NCBI GenBank assembly: GCA_049510745.1
Contig: JBEKYR010000002.1
Span: 128,001 to 192,000, forward strand
Direction: 5' to 3'
Source: Verrucomicrobiota bacterium
Lineage (GTDB): Bacteria; Verrucomicrobiota; Verrucomicrobiia; Limisphaerales; Palsa-1400
Length of the DNA: 64,000 nucleotides
The notes under the pieces were generated by a model. It was not told the origin of the DNA. It saw nothing but the letters and a program-made list of their open reading frames with translations, and made no database searches. The position numbers and the translations under genes were made by a program. Shown here piece after piece: positions 1-10,021 of this stretch. The stretch's first letter is position 1; every line of letters begins with the position of its first letter.

Positions 1-2
1 GC

Positions 3-509
3 CCGAATTTCGCCGAAGCCATCCAGGTCGTCGTCCACGTGCGGGCGCGCAATCCCCATGCGTTTTTCAAACTGGCCCTCATTACCAACGGCACCGGCCT
101 GGATTTGCGCCCCGTGCAGGACAGCCTCCAATACTTTACGCACGACGACGAGATTTGGATCAAGCTCGACGCCGGCACGCAAGACTACATGGATCGGGTC
201 AACCGCAGCAAAGTGCCGCTGGAGAAGGTCATTTCGAACATCCTCCTGGTGGCGCGCCAGCGCCCGGTCGTCATCCAAAGTTTGTTTCCGCTGGTCTTTG
301 GCCAGGAACCGCCGCCGCAAGAAATCGATGAGTATATTTTGCGCCTGCACGACCTAAAATATGCCGGAGCGCGAATCGCGCTGGTGCAGATTTATTCGGC
401 CACCAGGCCCATCGCCCATCCCGATTGCGGGCACATGCCGCTGAAGAAGCTCTCGCGCATCGCCCAGCGGATCAAGGCGGAAACGGGGTTGAAAGCGGAA
501 GTCTTTTGA
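3..509 (+). CDS. Radical SAM family protein, C-terminal part (truncated by window start)
   Basis: Frame is open from base 3 (PNFAEAIQ...LITNGT...IKLDAGT...QIYSATRP), resembling the C-terminal half of radical SAM proteins; the CxxxCxxC motif would lie outside the window. Confidence 0.6.
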   Translation, partial: PNFAEAIQVVVHVRARNPHAFFKLALITNGTGLDLRPVQDSLQYFTHDDEIWIKLDAGTQDYMDRVNRSKVPLEKVISNILLVARQRPVVIQSLFPLVFGQEPPPQEIDEYILRLHDLKYAGARIALVQIYSATRPIAHPDCGHMPLKKLSRIAQRIKAETGLKAEVF

Positions 510-532
510 GCGCGCCGCGGCGGGCCTGCGGT

Positions 533-553
533 GTCTAAGGAATTCCCTTAGAC
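533..553. promoter_or_regulatory. Palindromic candidate regulator-binding site
   Basis: GTCTAAGG-AATTC-CCTTAGAC, perfect 8-bp arms, in the intergenic region upstream of the AraC gene. Confidence 0.35.
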
Positions 554-671
554 CTTCTAGTTAATTCCCCCTGAACGTGTCTGGCGGGACACCTAATTGT
601 TGGCGGGCCTGGATCGGTGCTAACTTGCTCCCATGATAACAAATTTTGTTCAATCGGCCGCGGAGAAACAA

Positions 672-1559
672 ATGAACCGGCACGACAACAAAGATTTAAT
701 CGAGAGTCTGATCAACTCCAAGATCTTTCAGGACTACGAAAAGGCGTTCAGCGAGACCACCGGCCTGCCCGTCTCGTTGCGCCCGGTGGAATCGTGGCAG
801 TTGCCGCACCACGGCAAGCGGCACGAGAACCCCCTGTGCGCCATGCTGGCCGAGAAAAGCAAGTCTTGCGCGACCTGCCTGCAGATGCAGCAACAACTCT
901 CGGAAAGCGCCCGCTTTGAACCCGCCACGGTCACTTGCCAGCTTGGATTGGTCGATACCGCGGTGCCGGTTCGCCTGGGCGAGCAGTTGATCGGCTTCCT
1001 CCAAACCGGCCAGGTGCTGCGCCGCAGGGCCACGCCCTCCCTCATTGAGCGCACGGGCAGGCTCGTCGCCGAGTGGGGTCTGCAAATGAGCCGGGAACGG
1101 CTGCAAAGCGTCTATTTTGGAACCAAGGTCTTGTCGGCCAAACAGTACGATTCGATGGTCAAACTGCTCAGCATCTTCGCCGAGCACATCTCGGTGGTCA
1201 GCAACCAGATTGTCGTCCACCGCGAAAACAGCGAATCGCCGGTGATCAAGCGGGCGAAGGAATTCATCGTTGAAAACCAGGCGGAGGACCTTTCCCTGGG
1301 CCAGGTGGCCAAGGCGGTCAACACCAGCACCTTCCACTTTTGCAAGATGTTCAAAAAAGCGACCGGCTTGAATTTCACCGAGTATGTCTCGCGCGTGCGC
1401 GTGGAAAAAGCCCGCAATCTGCTGCTCAATCCGAACCTGCGCATCAGCGAAATCGCTTACGAAGTGGGCTTCCAATCGCTGACGCACTTCAACCGGGTTT
1501 TCAAAAAGATCACCGGCCAGTCGCCCACCGATTACCGGAGCCAACTGGCCCCGGCTTGA
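672..1559 (+). CDS. AraC-family transcriptional regulator with N-terminal PocR-like sensor domain
   Basis: C-terminal AraC HTH ([34 protein letters not shown]); N-terminal PocR-like region (FSETTGLP...[14 protein letters not shown]); GGAGA RBS before ATG 672 (alternative start 633). Confidence 0.88.
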   Translation: MNRHDNKDLIESLINSKIFQDYEKAFSETTGLPVSLRPVESWQLPHHGKRHENPLCAMLAEKSKSCATCLQMQQQLSESARFEPATVTCQLGLVDTAVPVRLGEQLIGFLQTGQVLRRRATPSLIERTGRLVAEWGLQMSRERLQSVYFGTKVLSAKQYDSMVKLLSIFAEHISVVSNQIVVHRENSESPVIKRAKEFIVENQAEDLSLGQVAKAVNTSTFHFCKMFKKATGLNFTEYVSRVRVEKARNLLLNPNLRISEIAYEVGFQSLTHFNRVFKKITGQSPTDYRSQLAPA

Positions 1560-1576
1560 AGCCGGGCCGCGGGCCA

Positions 1577-2719
1577 ATGGAGCCGAGCAAGGAACTGCAC
1601 GACCTGAAATCGGCGCTGGATGCCCATTCCATCGTTGCCATCACCGACGCCCGCGGGCGCATTACCTACGTCAACGACAAGTTTTGCGAGATTTCCAAGT
1701 ATGCCCGCGAGGAATTGCTGGGCCAGGACCACCGCCTCATCAACTCGAGGTTTCATCCAAAGGAATTTTTCCGCGATCTCTGGACCACCATCGCCCGCGG
1801 CAAAGTCTGGCACGGCGAAATCCGCAATCGCGCCAAGGACGGCACTTTTTACTGGGTGGATACGACGATCTTTCCCTTTCTCGACGCGGACGGAAAACCA
1901 ACGCAATACATCGTCATCCGGACGGACATTACCGAGCGCAAGCACGCGGAAGCCAGGCTGGCCGAATTGGCGCAGAGCCTGGCGGAAAAGAACAAGGAAT
2001 TGGAAACGGTCGTCTATGTCGCGTCGCACGATTTGCGTTCTCCCCTGGTCAACATCCAGGGATTCACCAGGGAATTGAAACGCGACTGCGATCGGATTCG
2101 CGAGTTGATCGAGGGCGGCGAGCTTTCGGACCTCAACGAACGCGAACTGAAAACCATTCTCAACCGGGATGTGCCCGAAGCGATGGCGTTCATCCAGGCC
2201 GGTGTCGTCAAGATTGACACCTTATTGAGCGGCTTCCTTCGTTTTTCCAGGTTGGGCCGCGCGGCCCTGACGATCAAACGGTTGGACATGAATGCGATGC
2301 TGGCCAACATCGCGCAAACCGTTGAATTCCAGCTCCAGCAAGCCGGCGCCACCCTCCGGGTCGCGCCCTTGCCCGACTGCCGGGGCGACGCCATCCAAGT
2401 CAATCAAGTCTTTTCCAATCTGATCGACAACGCCATTAAGTATCGCAGTCCAAACCGCACCGCGCTCATCGAAGTGTCCGGCGCCGTTGACAATGGCCGC
2501 TGCCTCTATGCGGTCAAGGACAACGGCATCGGCATCGCGCCGGAACATCAGGCCAAGGTCTTCGAGATTTTCCATCGACTCAACCCAGCCGCCTCCGAAG
2601 GGGAAGGACTGGGGCTGACCATTGCCCAGAAGATACTCGAACGGCAGGACGGCAAGATCTGGGTGGAATCCAAAGCCGGGCAAGGCTGCGTTTTTTTTGT
2701 TTCTTTGCCCGCAATCTAA
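1577..2719 (+). CDS. PAS-domain sensor histidine kinase
   Basis: PAS/PAC ([19 protein letters not shown]...DGTFYWV), H-box SHDLRSPL, N-box [10 protein letters not shown]-boxes DNGIG and GEGLGL. Confidence 0.92.
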   Translation: MEPSKELHDLKSALDAHSIVAITDARGRITYVNDKFCEISKYAREELLGQDHRLINSRFHPKEFFRDLWTTIARGKVWHGEIRNRAKDGTFYWVDTTIFPFLDADGKPTQYIVIRTDITERKHAEARLAELAQSLAEKNKELETVVYVASHDLRSPLVNIQGFTRELKRDCDRIRELIEGGELSDLNERELKTILNRDVPEAMAFIQAGVVKIDTLLSGFLRFSRLGRAALTIKRLDMNAMLANIAQTVEFQLQQAGATLRVAPLPDCRGDAIQVNQVFSNLIDNAIKYRSPNRTALIEVSGAVDNGRCLYAVKDNGIGIAPEHQAKVFEIFHRLNPAASEGEGLGLTIAQKILERQDGKIWVESKAGQGCVFFVSLPAI

Positions 2720-2730
2720 GGTGTAAATAA

Positions 2731-3174
2731 ATGTGCATGACCAAAGAAGTCATTATTCTGATCGCCGACGATGATCCCGGCCATGTCCGCCTGATCGAAA
2801 AGAATCTCAGGCGCGCCGGGCTGCACAACCCGATCGAGCGGTTTGAAAACGGCCAGGATATTTTGGATTTTCTTTTTGGCCGCGGCGCCCGGCGGCGGGC
2901 CAGGGAAGCCTCCTACCTCCTCCTGCTCGATATCCGCATGCCAAAAGTCGATGGCGTCGAAGTGCTCCGCCAGATCAAGGCGGACCCGGAGTTGAGGAAG
3001 ATTCCCGCCATCATGCTCACGACCACCGATGACCCGCGCGAAGTCGAGCATTGCCACGCCCTCGGTTGCAGCAATTACGTCGTCAAGCCGGTGGATTACG
3101 AAAAATTCGCGGAGGCGATCAAGCAGTTCGGCCTGTTCATCGCCCTGGTGCAAGTGCCCGAAGTGCGGACCTGA
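2731..3174 (+). CDS. Single-domain response regulator (Rcp1-like receiver)
   Basis: ADDD, LLDIRMP, MLTTT and VVKP receiver motifs; no output domain. Confidence 0.92.
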   Translation: MCMTKEVIILIADDDPGHVRLIEKNLRRAGLHNPIERFENGQDILDFLFGRGARRRAREASYLLLLDIRMPKVDGVEVLRQIKADPELRKIPAIMLTTTDDPREVEHCHALGCSNYVVKPVDYEKFAEAIKQFGLFIALVQVPEVRT

Positions 3175-3181
3175 CTGGAGC

Positions 3182-4600
3182 ATGAGCAAGCACAAGACAG
3201 CCGCGACACTCCTGGTGGTCGATGATGATCGCGGCCTGCTGCGCCTGGCGGCCAAGGCCCTGGAAGGGGAGGGTTTTTCCGTCGCCACCGCCGCCTCCGG
3301 CACGGAGGCCATCGCCTGGTTGAAGGAAAACCGGCCGGATTTGCTCTTGCTGGACTTGAAGCTTCAGGATTTCGATGCCCGCCAGATCATCAACCAACTC
3401 TCCGGCCTCAAACGTCTCCCCTCCTTTCTGATCATTACCGGACAAGGCGATGAGCGGGTCGCCGTCGAGATGATGAAAAGCGGGGCGCGGGATTACCTGG
3501 TCAAAGGCGCCGGGTTTTTGGAGGTCCTGCCCTCGGTGGCCGCGCGCGTGCTGGGGCAGATCGAGCAGGAAGGAAAATTGGCCGCCGCCGAAGAAGCCTT
3601 GCGCCTGAGCGAGGAACGATTCCGCGTCGCGTTGAAACATTCTCCCATCATGGTCTTCAACCAGGACACCGAGCTGCGCTATACGTGGGTTCACAACGAA
3701 TCCGTCGTCCAGGCGGGCAAGGACATGCTGGGCAGGACCGACGCCGAACTGTTTCCCGCCGAAGAGGCGGACCGGTTGACGCAGATCAAGGCGCGCGTCT
3801 TGCTGACCGGAACCGGTCTGCGGCAGGAAGTTTCCCGCGCGGCCAACGGCCAAAAGCACTTTTTTGATCTGACGGTCGAGCCGGTGAGGGATGCCCTGGG
3901 CCGGATCACCGGCATCACCGGCGCCGCCATGGAGGTGACGGAGCGCAAGCGATTGGAGGAGGAAATCCTGCGAATCACCGAAAGGGAACAGCGCCGCATC
4001 GGACAGGATTTGCACGATGGCATCTGCCAGCGCCTGGCGGGCATCGAATTGAAAAGCCAGGCCCTGGCGGAAACCCTTGAGAAAAAAGCCAGGCCCCAGG
4101 CGGCTCAAGCCGAGGAAATTGCCCGCCACGTGCGCGAGGTCATTGCCCAGACGCGCTCGCTGGCCCGCGGGCTTTCCCCGTTTATTCTCGAGTCCGAAGG
4201 ATTGATCTCCGCCCTGGGGGAACTGGCCGTCAGCACGGAAAGATTATTCAGCGTCAAATGCAATTTCGGAAATGACGGCCTGGTTTCTCTCTCCGATCAG
4301 GCCGTGGCCACTCATCTCTATCGCATCGCCCAGGAAGCCGTCGCCAACGCCATCAAACATGGCAAGGCCAGCGCCGTCGAAATCAGCCTCACGAACACCA
4401 GCGGCAAGACTCTACTGGCGATCAGCGACAATGGAATCGGTTTCAGGTCCCCCGTCCCGGTCGGAACCGGCATGGGCTTGCGCACCATGCAATACCGGGC
4501 GGGAATGATCGGGGCCGCCTTGCTCGTGCAGGCCCAAGCCAAAGGCGGGACGCGAATCCTTTGTTTTCTCCAGAATGCCCCAAGCCCATCGGCCCAATGA
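3182..4600 (+). CDS. Receiver-PAS-HisKA_3 hybrid histidine kinase
   Basis: N-terminal receiver (VVDDD, LLDLKL), PAS, ERE-QRRIGQDLHDGICQ H-box, QEAVANAIKH, DNGIG, GMGL. Confidence 0.9.
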   Translation: MSKHKTAATLLVVDDDRGLLRLAAKALEGEGFSVATAASGTEAIAWLKENRPDLLLLDLKLQDFDARQIINQLSGLKRLPSFLIITGQGDERVAVEMMKSGARDYLVKGAGFLEVLPSVAARVLGQIEQEGKLAAAEEALRLSEERFRVALKHSPIMVFNQDTELRYTWVHNESVVQAGKDMLGRTDAELFPAEEADRLTQIKARVLLTGTGLRQEVSRAANGQKHFFDLTVEPVRDALGRITGITGAAMEVTERKRLEEEILRITEREQRRIGQDLHDGICQRLAGIELKSQALAETLEKKARPQAAQAEEIARHVREVIAQTRSLARGLSPFILESEGLISALGELAVSTERLFSVKCNFGNDGLVSLSDQAVATHLYRIAQEAVANAIKHGKASAVEISLTNTSGKTLLAISDNGIGFRSPVPVGTGMGLRTMQYRAGMIGAALLVQAQAKGGTRILCFLQNAPSPSAQ

Positions 4601-5277
4601 ACTCCGGCAAACCAGCGGGCGCGCCGCCCACAAAAATCCTGATCGTCGATGATCATCCGATGATGCGCGAGGGCCTGGCGCAACTGATTGGAAACCAGCC
4701 GGACCTGACGGTTTGCGGCGAGGCTGGAAACGCGCACGAAGCTTTGGAAAAAGTCCGCCTGCTCAAGCCGGACCTTGTCCTGGTGGATATTACGCTGCCC
4801 GGACGCAATGGCTTGGAACTGATCAAGGACATCCAGGTGTTGGACGCCGCCATTTCGGTCCTGGTCATTTCCATGCACGACGAATCGCTTTACGCCGAAC
4901 GGGTGCTGCGCGCGGGCGGGCGCGGCTACGTGATGAAACAGGAAGGCGGCAAAAAAATCATGGAAGCCATTCGCCAGGTCTCCGCCGGGCAGATTTTTGT
5001 CAGCGAAAAAATGTCCGCCAAAATTCTGGAAATCTTCTCGGGACACCGGCCCGACGCCGGCCAATCGCCGGTGGAAAACCTGACCGACCGCGAATTTGAG
5101 GTTTTCCAATTGATTGGCCAGGGGATGGAGACGAAGCAATTGGCCAGGGAACTGCACGTCAGCCCCAAAACCATCGAAGTCCATCGCGCCAACATCAAAG
5201 CCAAACTCAAGATCAAGAGCATGGCGGAACTCATCCGCTACGCCGTGCGCTGGGTGGAGTCGGAAAAGCCGGACTAA
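4597..5277 (+). CDS. NarL/LuxR-family response regulator
   Basis: IVDDHPMMREG receiver and LTDREFEVF...SPKTIEVHRANIKAKL HTH; ATGA overlap with upstream kinase. Confidence 0.93.
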   Translation: MNSGKPAGAPPTKILIVDDHPMMREGLAQLIGNQPDLTVCGEAGNAHEALEKVRLLKPDLVLVDITLPGRNGLELIKDIQVLDAAISVLVISMHDESLYAERVLRAGGRGYVMKQEGGKKIMEAIRQVSAGQIFVSEKMSAKILEIFSGHRPDAGQSPVENLTDREFEVFQLIGQGMETKQLARELHVSPKTIEVHRANIKAKLKIKSMAELIRYAVRWVESEKPD

Positions 5278-5340
5278 CGCCTGCGTCTGACGGAGCACGT
5301 CTGGTTCTTGGCGTATCGAACCGCGTTCCTTCCGCGCCAA

Positions 5341-7365
5341 TTACAAATTGTTTGGGTCGTCACCATTTTTAGCTATTGCTTGCCAAAGACGCATGATGCC
5401 GATCTGGCAAAAGGCGGTCGATTCCGGATACATGTCCTGCTTCAAGAGATCTTGAAGTCCGTCCTTATTGACGTCGTCCGTCCAGTTATAGACGCCGCCA
5501 AGCTCGTTGAACAGGCGCACCTGCCAGGGATTGTTGCCACAGAGGTAACTTACCATGGCTTCGGCGCGATGACGGTAGCGGTCTTTGCCGGTCAGAGCAT
5601 ACAAATCCGCCAGCGCGTGAATCCAGTGCCCGGTCTGGTAATAGAAGAACCGCGGATGGTCTGTATCGGGCCAGATGTAAGTCATCCGGTCCGGGGCCAC
5701 ACGCAGCCCAAAATGCACCGGCGCACCGGCGCACTCCTGTGGATTGACCTTCGCCGCGAGCCAGGCATCGGCCACGCCGGCGGCCGCTTCGCGCCACCGC
5801 GCGGCGGCGGGTTCATCGGGCAGTATCTGTGCGCCTTCCGCCAAAGCCGCCACTGCCATGGCATCGACATTGGGATAAATCGACCACTGGCGCGAAGGTT
5901 TTTCAAGGTCAGCCAGCGCGTCCAGCGCCGTCACACAGGCCATCCGCAAAGTCATCGTTTGGGAGTCTTCAGAAAGTCGCAATTTCAGGTCTGGCGCCGC
6001 TTCGCACGCGGCCAACATCCCCAGCGCCAGATAGGCATGCTCGCCGGCGTCACGCCAATACACATGGCCTTGCCGGGTCCGTTTGACGTAGCCGCCCGCG
6101 GTTCCGTCATGCAGACAAAACTTCAGCGCCAGAGCCAGCGCCTGGCGCACTTGGGGCGAGAGCGGACTTTGTGGATCATGGCGCAGTGATTCGCCCAGCG
6201 CCCATACCGCGCGGCCGTTCAACACGCCGCCCAGTTCGTAGTCGCGAAATCCTGGGTTATAGAACCAGCCCTTGCCCTCGGTCATGAACTCGCCATTCTT
6301 GAACATGCCGTAGCGAAACGCGCCCGCCGTGTAGTTTTCGCGTTTTCCGCTCGAATCCGGCAGGGCGAAGTTACCCGCCTCGCGATGCTGCATTGCTAGG
6401 AGATTCCGCGTCGCCTCGCGGCAGAGGTTGGTCCGATGCGTTGCTTGCGGCTGCGAACTCTGCAGGCGCATCAGTTCCATGATGAGAATATCCGCGAAGT
6501 CATTCGCAAAGGCGTAAGGCAGATAGTTCGTCGTGGCTTCATTGGCGGGATTGCCGTCCAGCGGGTGATCGTTGCTGGCGTTGAACCAGGTATTCCAGAC
6601 CGACTGCCAGAAGGTGCGCGCCACGCGATGATTGAGCGGCTTTGACCAGTCGCGGTCGCGATAATCAAATTCATAGAGCGTAAGATTGTTCTTGAACCAT
6701 TTCAGGTCCGCCTCGTTCCCAAGATCAAACTGCGCGCGTCCGACGCCCACGATGTTTGCGGCCCGGCTCCGCAGGTAGAGATTTGCCAGGGCTTGGACCG
6801 CCGGCCACTGAGCGCAGGCTCCGTCCCGCCGGCCTTCACTGTCAAGCAAGTCGTCCGTGAAGCCCGAAGTCAAGACTGGCGCCGCCTCCTTGCCTCGATC
6901 GACGATCACCGCGACTTCGGCCTGGAAATGACCGGGGCGGTCCGCGTTGAAGTCGGAGTCCGTTGTGGCATCAATAAACAATTCTTCGGGAACCAGCTTG
7001 CCCGCGCCGGAGAAATCGTCGGGATAGTGACACGCAAACTTCCCGGCAACGCACGATGCTCTCGCTGTGGATGATGCTCCGAAGCTCGTCGTCACCCGCA
7101 CCCGCACGTCGCCATCGCAGGCCGTGCCGGAAATGCGGACGGGACCTGACCGCGCATCATGGAAGGCGGAAGGCGATACGGTATCGCGCAATGACCACGC
7201 TGCGCCAGTCGCCGGCTCCGCGGCGAACCCGGCCGCCATCGTCGCGGCAAACGCCAAGAGGACGAATGCATCTTTCTTCCCTCCAAAGACGGAAGCCGTC
7301 AGTTTGGCGGCATTGGCCGCAAGCGCCATTTGCCGGTGCTTCCCCTTCATACTGATAACTTGCAT
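5341..7365 (-). CDS. Secreted hypothetical protein, possible (alpha/alpha)-barrel hydrolase-like fold
   Basis: 674-aa ORF with hydrophobic N-terminal signal-like segment and helical Trp/Tyr-rich C-terminal repeats; start uncertain. Confidence 0.55.
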   Translation of the reverse strand: MQVISMKGKHRQMALAANAAKLTASVFGGKKDAFVLLAFAATMAAGFAAEPATGAAWSLRDTVSPSAFHDARSGPVRISGTACDGDVRVRVTTSFGASSTARASCVAGKFACHYPDDFSGAGKLVPEELFIDATTDSDFNADRPGHFQAEVAVIVDRGKEAAPVLTSGFTDDLLDSEGRRDGACAQWPAVQALANLYLRSRAANIVGVGRAQFDLGNEADLKWFKNNLTLYEFDYRDRDWSKPLNHRVARTFWQSVWNTWFNASNDHPLDGNPANEATTNYLPYAFANDFADILIMELMRLQSSQPQATHRTNLCREATRNLLAMQHREAGNFALPDSSGKRENYTAGAFRYGMFKNGEFMTEGKGWFYNPGFRDYELGGVLNGRAVWALGESLRHDPQSPLSPQVRQALALALKFCLHDGTAGGYVKRTRQGHVYWRDAGEHAYLALGMLAACEAAPDLKLRLSEDSQTMTLRMACVTALDALADLEKPSRQWSIYPNVDAMAVAALAEGAQILPDEPAAARWREAAAGVADAWLAAKVNPQECAGAPVHFGLRVAPDRMTYIWPDTDHPRFFYYQTGHWIHALADLYALTGKDRYRHRAEAMVSYLCGNNPWQVRLFNELGGVYNWTDDVNKDGLQDLLKQDMYPESTAFCQIGIMRLWQAIAKNGDDPNNL

Positions 7366-7401
7366 TCGAGGGCTTTTTCACAACCGGTTGCACTCATCTG
7401 G

Positions 7402-7848
7402 CTACTCCTTGACCCGCTTGGCCTCCCAATGGAGCGGGTGCTCGAGCGTGGGGTCCTCGCCATTCAAATCTTCTTTGACGGTGCCTTCCTTGATCGTGTC
7501 GCCAGCGATCTTCCCGTGGAATTTCCTCACTGCCTTCACCTCGTTCCCCTGGATGCTCACCGTGAAGGAAATCTCGCCCGCCTCGAGCTTCACGTCTTCG
7601 AGGACCATTTCGATGTCTTGCTGGCCGCGGCGGCGAGTCAATGTGCCGGTCAACTTGTCTCCTTCCAGCTTGAGTTTGAGAGTGGGTTGATACGCCTGGG
7701 TCTTGCCATCGCGCGTGTAAGTCACCTTCCAAGTTCCAGCGGGGTTGACGGCCGGTTCGTTGCCTGCGGCGCCGGCGCCAAGGATGGAACTGACGACGGC
7801 AAGCGCCATCGCCAAGGTGGCCAAGCCGATAATGGGTCGTAATTTCAT
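7402..7848 (-). CDS. Small secreted hypothetical protein
   Basis: Signal peptide followed by a beta-rich domain (GTWKV...LKLEGDKLTG...WEAKR). Confidence 0.7.
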   Translation of the reverse strand: MKLRPIIGLATLAMALAVVSSILGAGAAGNEPAVNPAGTWKVTYTRDGKTQAYQPTLKLKLEGDKLTGTLTRRRGQQDIEMVLEDVKLEAGEISFTVSIQGNEVKAVRKFHGKIAGDTIKEGTVKEDLNGEDPTLEHPLHWEAKRVKE

Positions 7849-7867
7849 GGATGATTTTCTTTCTTTG

Positions 7868-10021
7868 CTAGTGCGCCAGGCGCGAGGCCATGGCGTAGAT
7901 GATCAAAATGAGCAGGATCACGCCGACGCCGAAAAAGAGGTAGCCAAAGGAGCGGGCGATGGCTTTCCAGCGTTCCCATTCGTCCTTGATGCGCAATTCC
8001 TCCAGCCGCCCGCCGCCCAGCAGACGCTCATACCAGCGCCGCCGCTCGTGCAGCAGTTCGGTCTTGGAGATGCGGCCGGAAAAGATGACGGTGTCCATGG
8101 GAAATTTCTCCAGCCGAAAATGGGTGTTGAAGAAGTGAATCGTAAAGATGAAACCCGCCGCCAAAAGGGCTTCGTCGGAATGAACGATCAGCGCGACGTT
8201 TATCATCCAGCCCGGCATGAAATGCGAAAAGAACTGCGGAAACCACATGACCAGCCCCGACATGCCAATGGCAAAAACGCCCCAGAACACCGCGAAATAA
8301 TCGAACTTTTCCCAGTAGGTCCACCGGTCGAACTGCGGCTTCGGCCCTTTGCCGAAAAACCATTTCTGGTGCGCCACGAAATCCTTCGCGTCCTGCCACG
8401 TCGGGATCATCGAGTCGGGGCCGAACAGCACCTCATTCAGGCGCGTCCATTTGGAGCGCCAGGTGCCGCCGCGGAAGCGGCCGCGCGTCTGCCAGGCCTT
8501 GAGCAGCAGCTTGGCCAGGTGCAGCCCGAAATAGAGAAAGGTGACGAGCGCCCCGAAATGATGGAGGGTGCGGGCCACTTCGGCCCCGCCCAGCACGCCG
8601 AAGATCGCCTTGGCCCAGTCCGTATAGTAGAATTTGAGCGGCATGCCGGTAATGACCAACAGCAGGAAGCTGGTCACGACCAGGAAATGCAGGAATCGTT
8701 CAAAGGGCGGAAAGCGCGTGTACCAATCGTCGCCCTGCTGCGCTTCCACCTTGGCTTCGCGGAAGGTCTTCGAGTCGTGCAGATAGAGGTAGCCGGAGCG
8801 AAACAGCCACAAGAGGGTGTGCGCGCCAAAAAAGGCAAAAACCCCGATCAGCAGCGCGGTCATGGCGACAAACGTCCAATGCAACTGCGGATAATGCTTG
8901 GCGTCCATCGGATCGGCGTGCGGAACGTACTCGGCGAAACTGGCCGTGGCGCCGGGATGACATTTCTGACACGTTCCCACGATGTTGGCCTTGGAAAGAT
9001 GCGAGGCCGGATTGGACGGCGGCAGCACGTCGTGGTGGCCGTGGCAGTCGTAACAGGCGGCCACGTCGGAGGCGACATTCGGCCGGCCCAAAGCCATCGC
9101 CTTGCCATGATAGGTGTCGCGGTAATGGGCCAGGCGGTCCTGGTGACAGCGTCCGCAACGTTCATCGCTGCGCGCCTTGAAGTGGTTGCCGCCGGGGGAC
9201 TCGATTTGATGCGCCGAGTGGCAGTCGGTGCAGACCGGGCCGGACTGGTCGCCTTTGGCCAGTATCTGGCCGTGAATGCTGGCGTTGTAGGTTTTCTCGA
9301 TGCCCAGATGGCAGGCCCCGCAGGTCGCCGCCACGTTGGCGTGATTGACCGACGAACTGCGGTCCACGCTTCGCTTGATGTCGTGAACCCCGTGGCAGTC
9401 ATTGCAGGACGGCGCCAGGATCAACCCCATTTGCAGCAGCGCCCGCCCGTGAATGCTCTCCGAATACTGCGACGCCACTTGCGGAAATTTCATGCGGTAC
9501 TCGGCGGTGATTCCGCTGTTGCTGTGGCATTTGGCGCAGGTCCGCGGCAGGTTGAGTTTGAAGACGGGCGAGTCGGCGTGTTTGACCGGCTGCATCTCGT
9601 GCGAACCGTGGCAATCGACGCACGAGGCGGCCGCCGACGCGCCCATGGCCTTGCTCATGCCGTGAATGCTGCCGGCGTAGAGCTTGGCCTCCGCCTGGTG
9701 GCAGGAGGCGCATTGCGCCGGGGGCAGCCCGCTGGGATGCACCATCTCTTTGATGCTGTCGTGGCAATCGGTGCAGTTGAGTTTGGCGTGGACTGATTTC
9801 GGAAACGTGTTCGTCGGAAACAGCTCCATCGGCACAATCTGTCCCTGAACCTTGCGCGTCGTCGTCGGGTCCGTGTGGCAGTCCAGACAATCCTGGTTGG
9901 ACAGCGGCGCAGCCGTCAGCGGAGCGGCCAGCGACAGCCAGAAAACGAGGGCGAAACTGTAAAGAGCGGACCTTTTACATTCCGCCGTTATGACAGTCGG
10001 TGCATTGATATGCGGGATCAT
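7868..10021 (-). CDS. CbcL-like inner-membrane cytochrome: 11-heme c domain fused to FdnI/HydC-type cytochrome b
   Basis: 11 CxxCH motifs, then TM domain with His ligands (RFLHFL, LHHFG, VHSDEA, TIHFF) and YWEKFDY; nearest in-frame ATG (10021) overlaps the upstream gene, so the start is uncertain. Confidence 0.85.
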   Translation of the reverse strand: MIPHINAPTVITAECKRSALYSFALVFWLSLAAPLTAAPLSNQDCLDCHTDPTTTRKVQGQIVPMELFPTNTFPKSVHAKLNCTDCHDSIKEMVHPSGLPPAQCASCHQAEAKLYAGSIHGMSKAMGASAAASCVDCHGSHEMQPVKHADSPVFKLNLPRTCAKCHSNSGITAEYRMKFPQVASQYSESIHGRALLQMGLILAPSCNDCHGVHDIKRSVDRSSSVNHANVAATCGACHLGIEKTYNASIHGQILAKGDQSGPVCTDCHSAHQIESPGGNHFKARSDERCGRCHQDRLAHYRDTYHGKAMALGRPNVASDVAACYDCHGHHDVLPPSNPASHLSKANIVGTCQKCHPGATASFAEYVPHADPMDAKHYPQLHWTFVAMTALLIGVFAFFGAHTLLWLFRSGYLYLHDSKTFREAKVEAQQGDDWYTRFPPFERFLHFLVVTSFLLLVITGMPLKFYYTDWAKAIFGVLGGAEVARTLHHFGALVTFLYFGLHLAKLLLKAWQTRGRFRGGTWRSKWTRLNEVLFGPDSMIPTWQDAKDFVAHQKWFFGKGPKPQFDRWTYWEKFDYFAVFWGVFAIGMSGLVMWFPQFFSHFMPGWMINVALIVHSDEALLAAGFIFTIHFFNTHFRLEKFPMDTVIFSGRISKTELLHERRRWYERLLGGGRLEELRIKDEWERWKAIARSFGYLFFGVGVILLILIIYAMASRLAH

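Noticed and set aside
7745..9796. Long opposite-strand ORFs (also 9990-11555, 22115-23896, 46260-48356, 59909-61804)
   Set aside because: Antisense shadows of well-supported genes, expected in high-GC DNA
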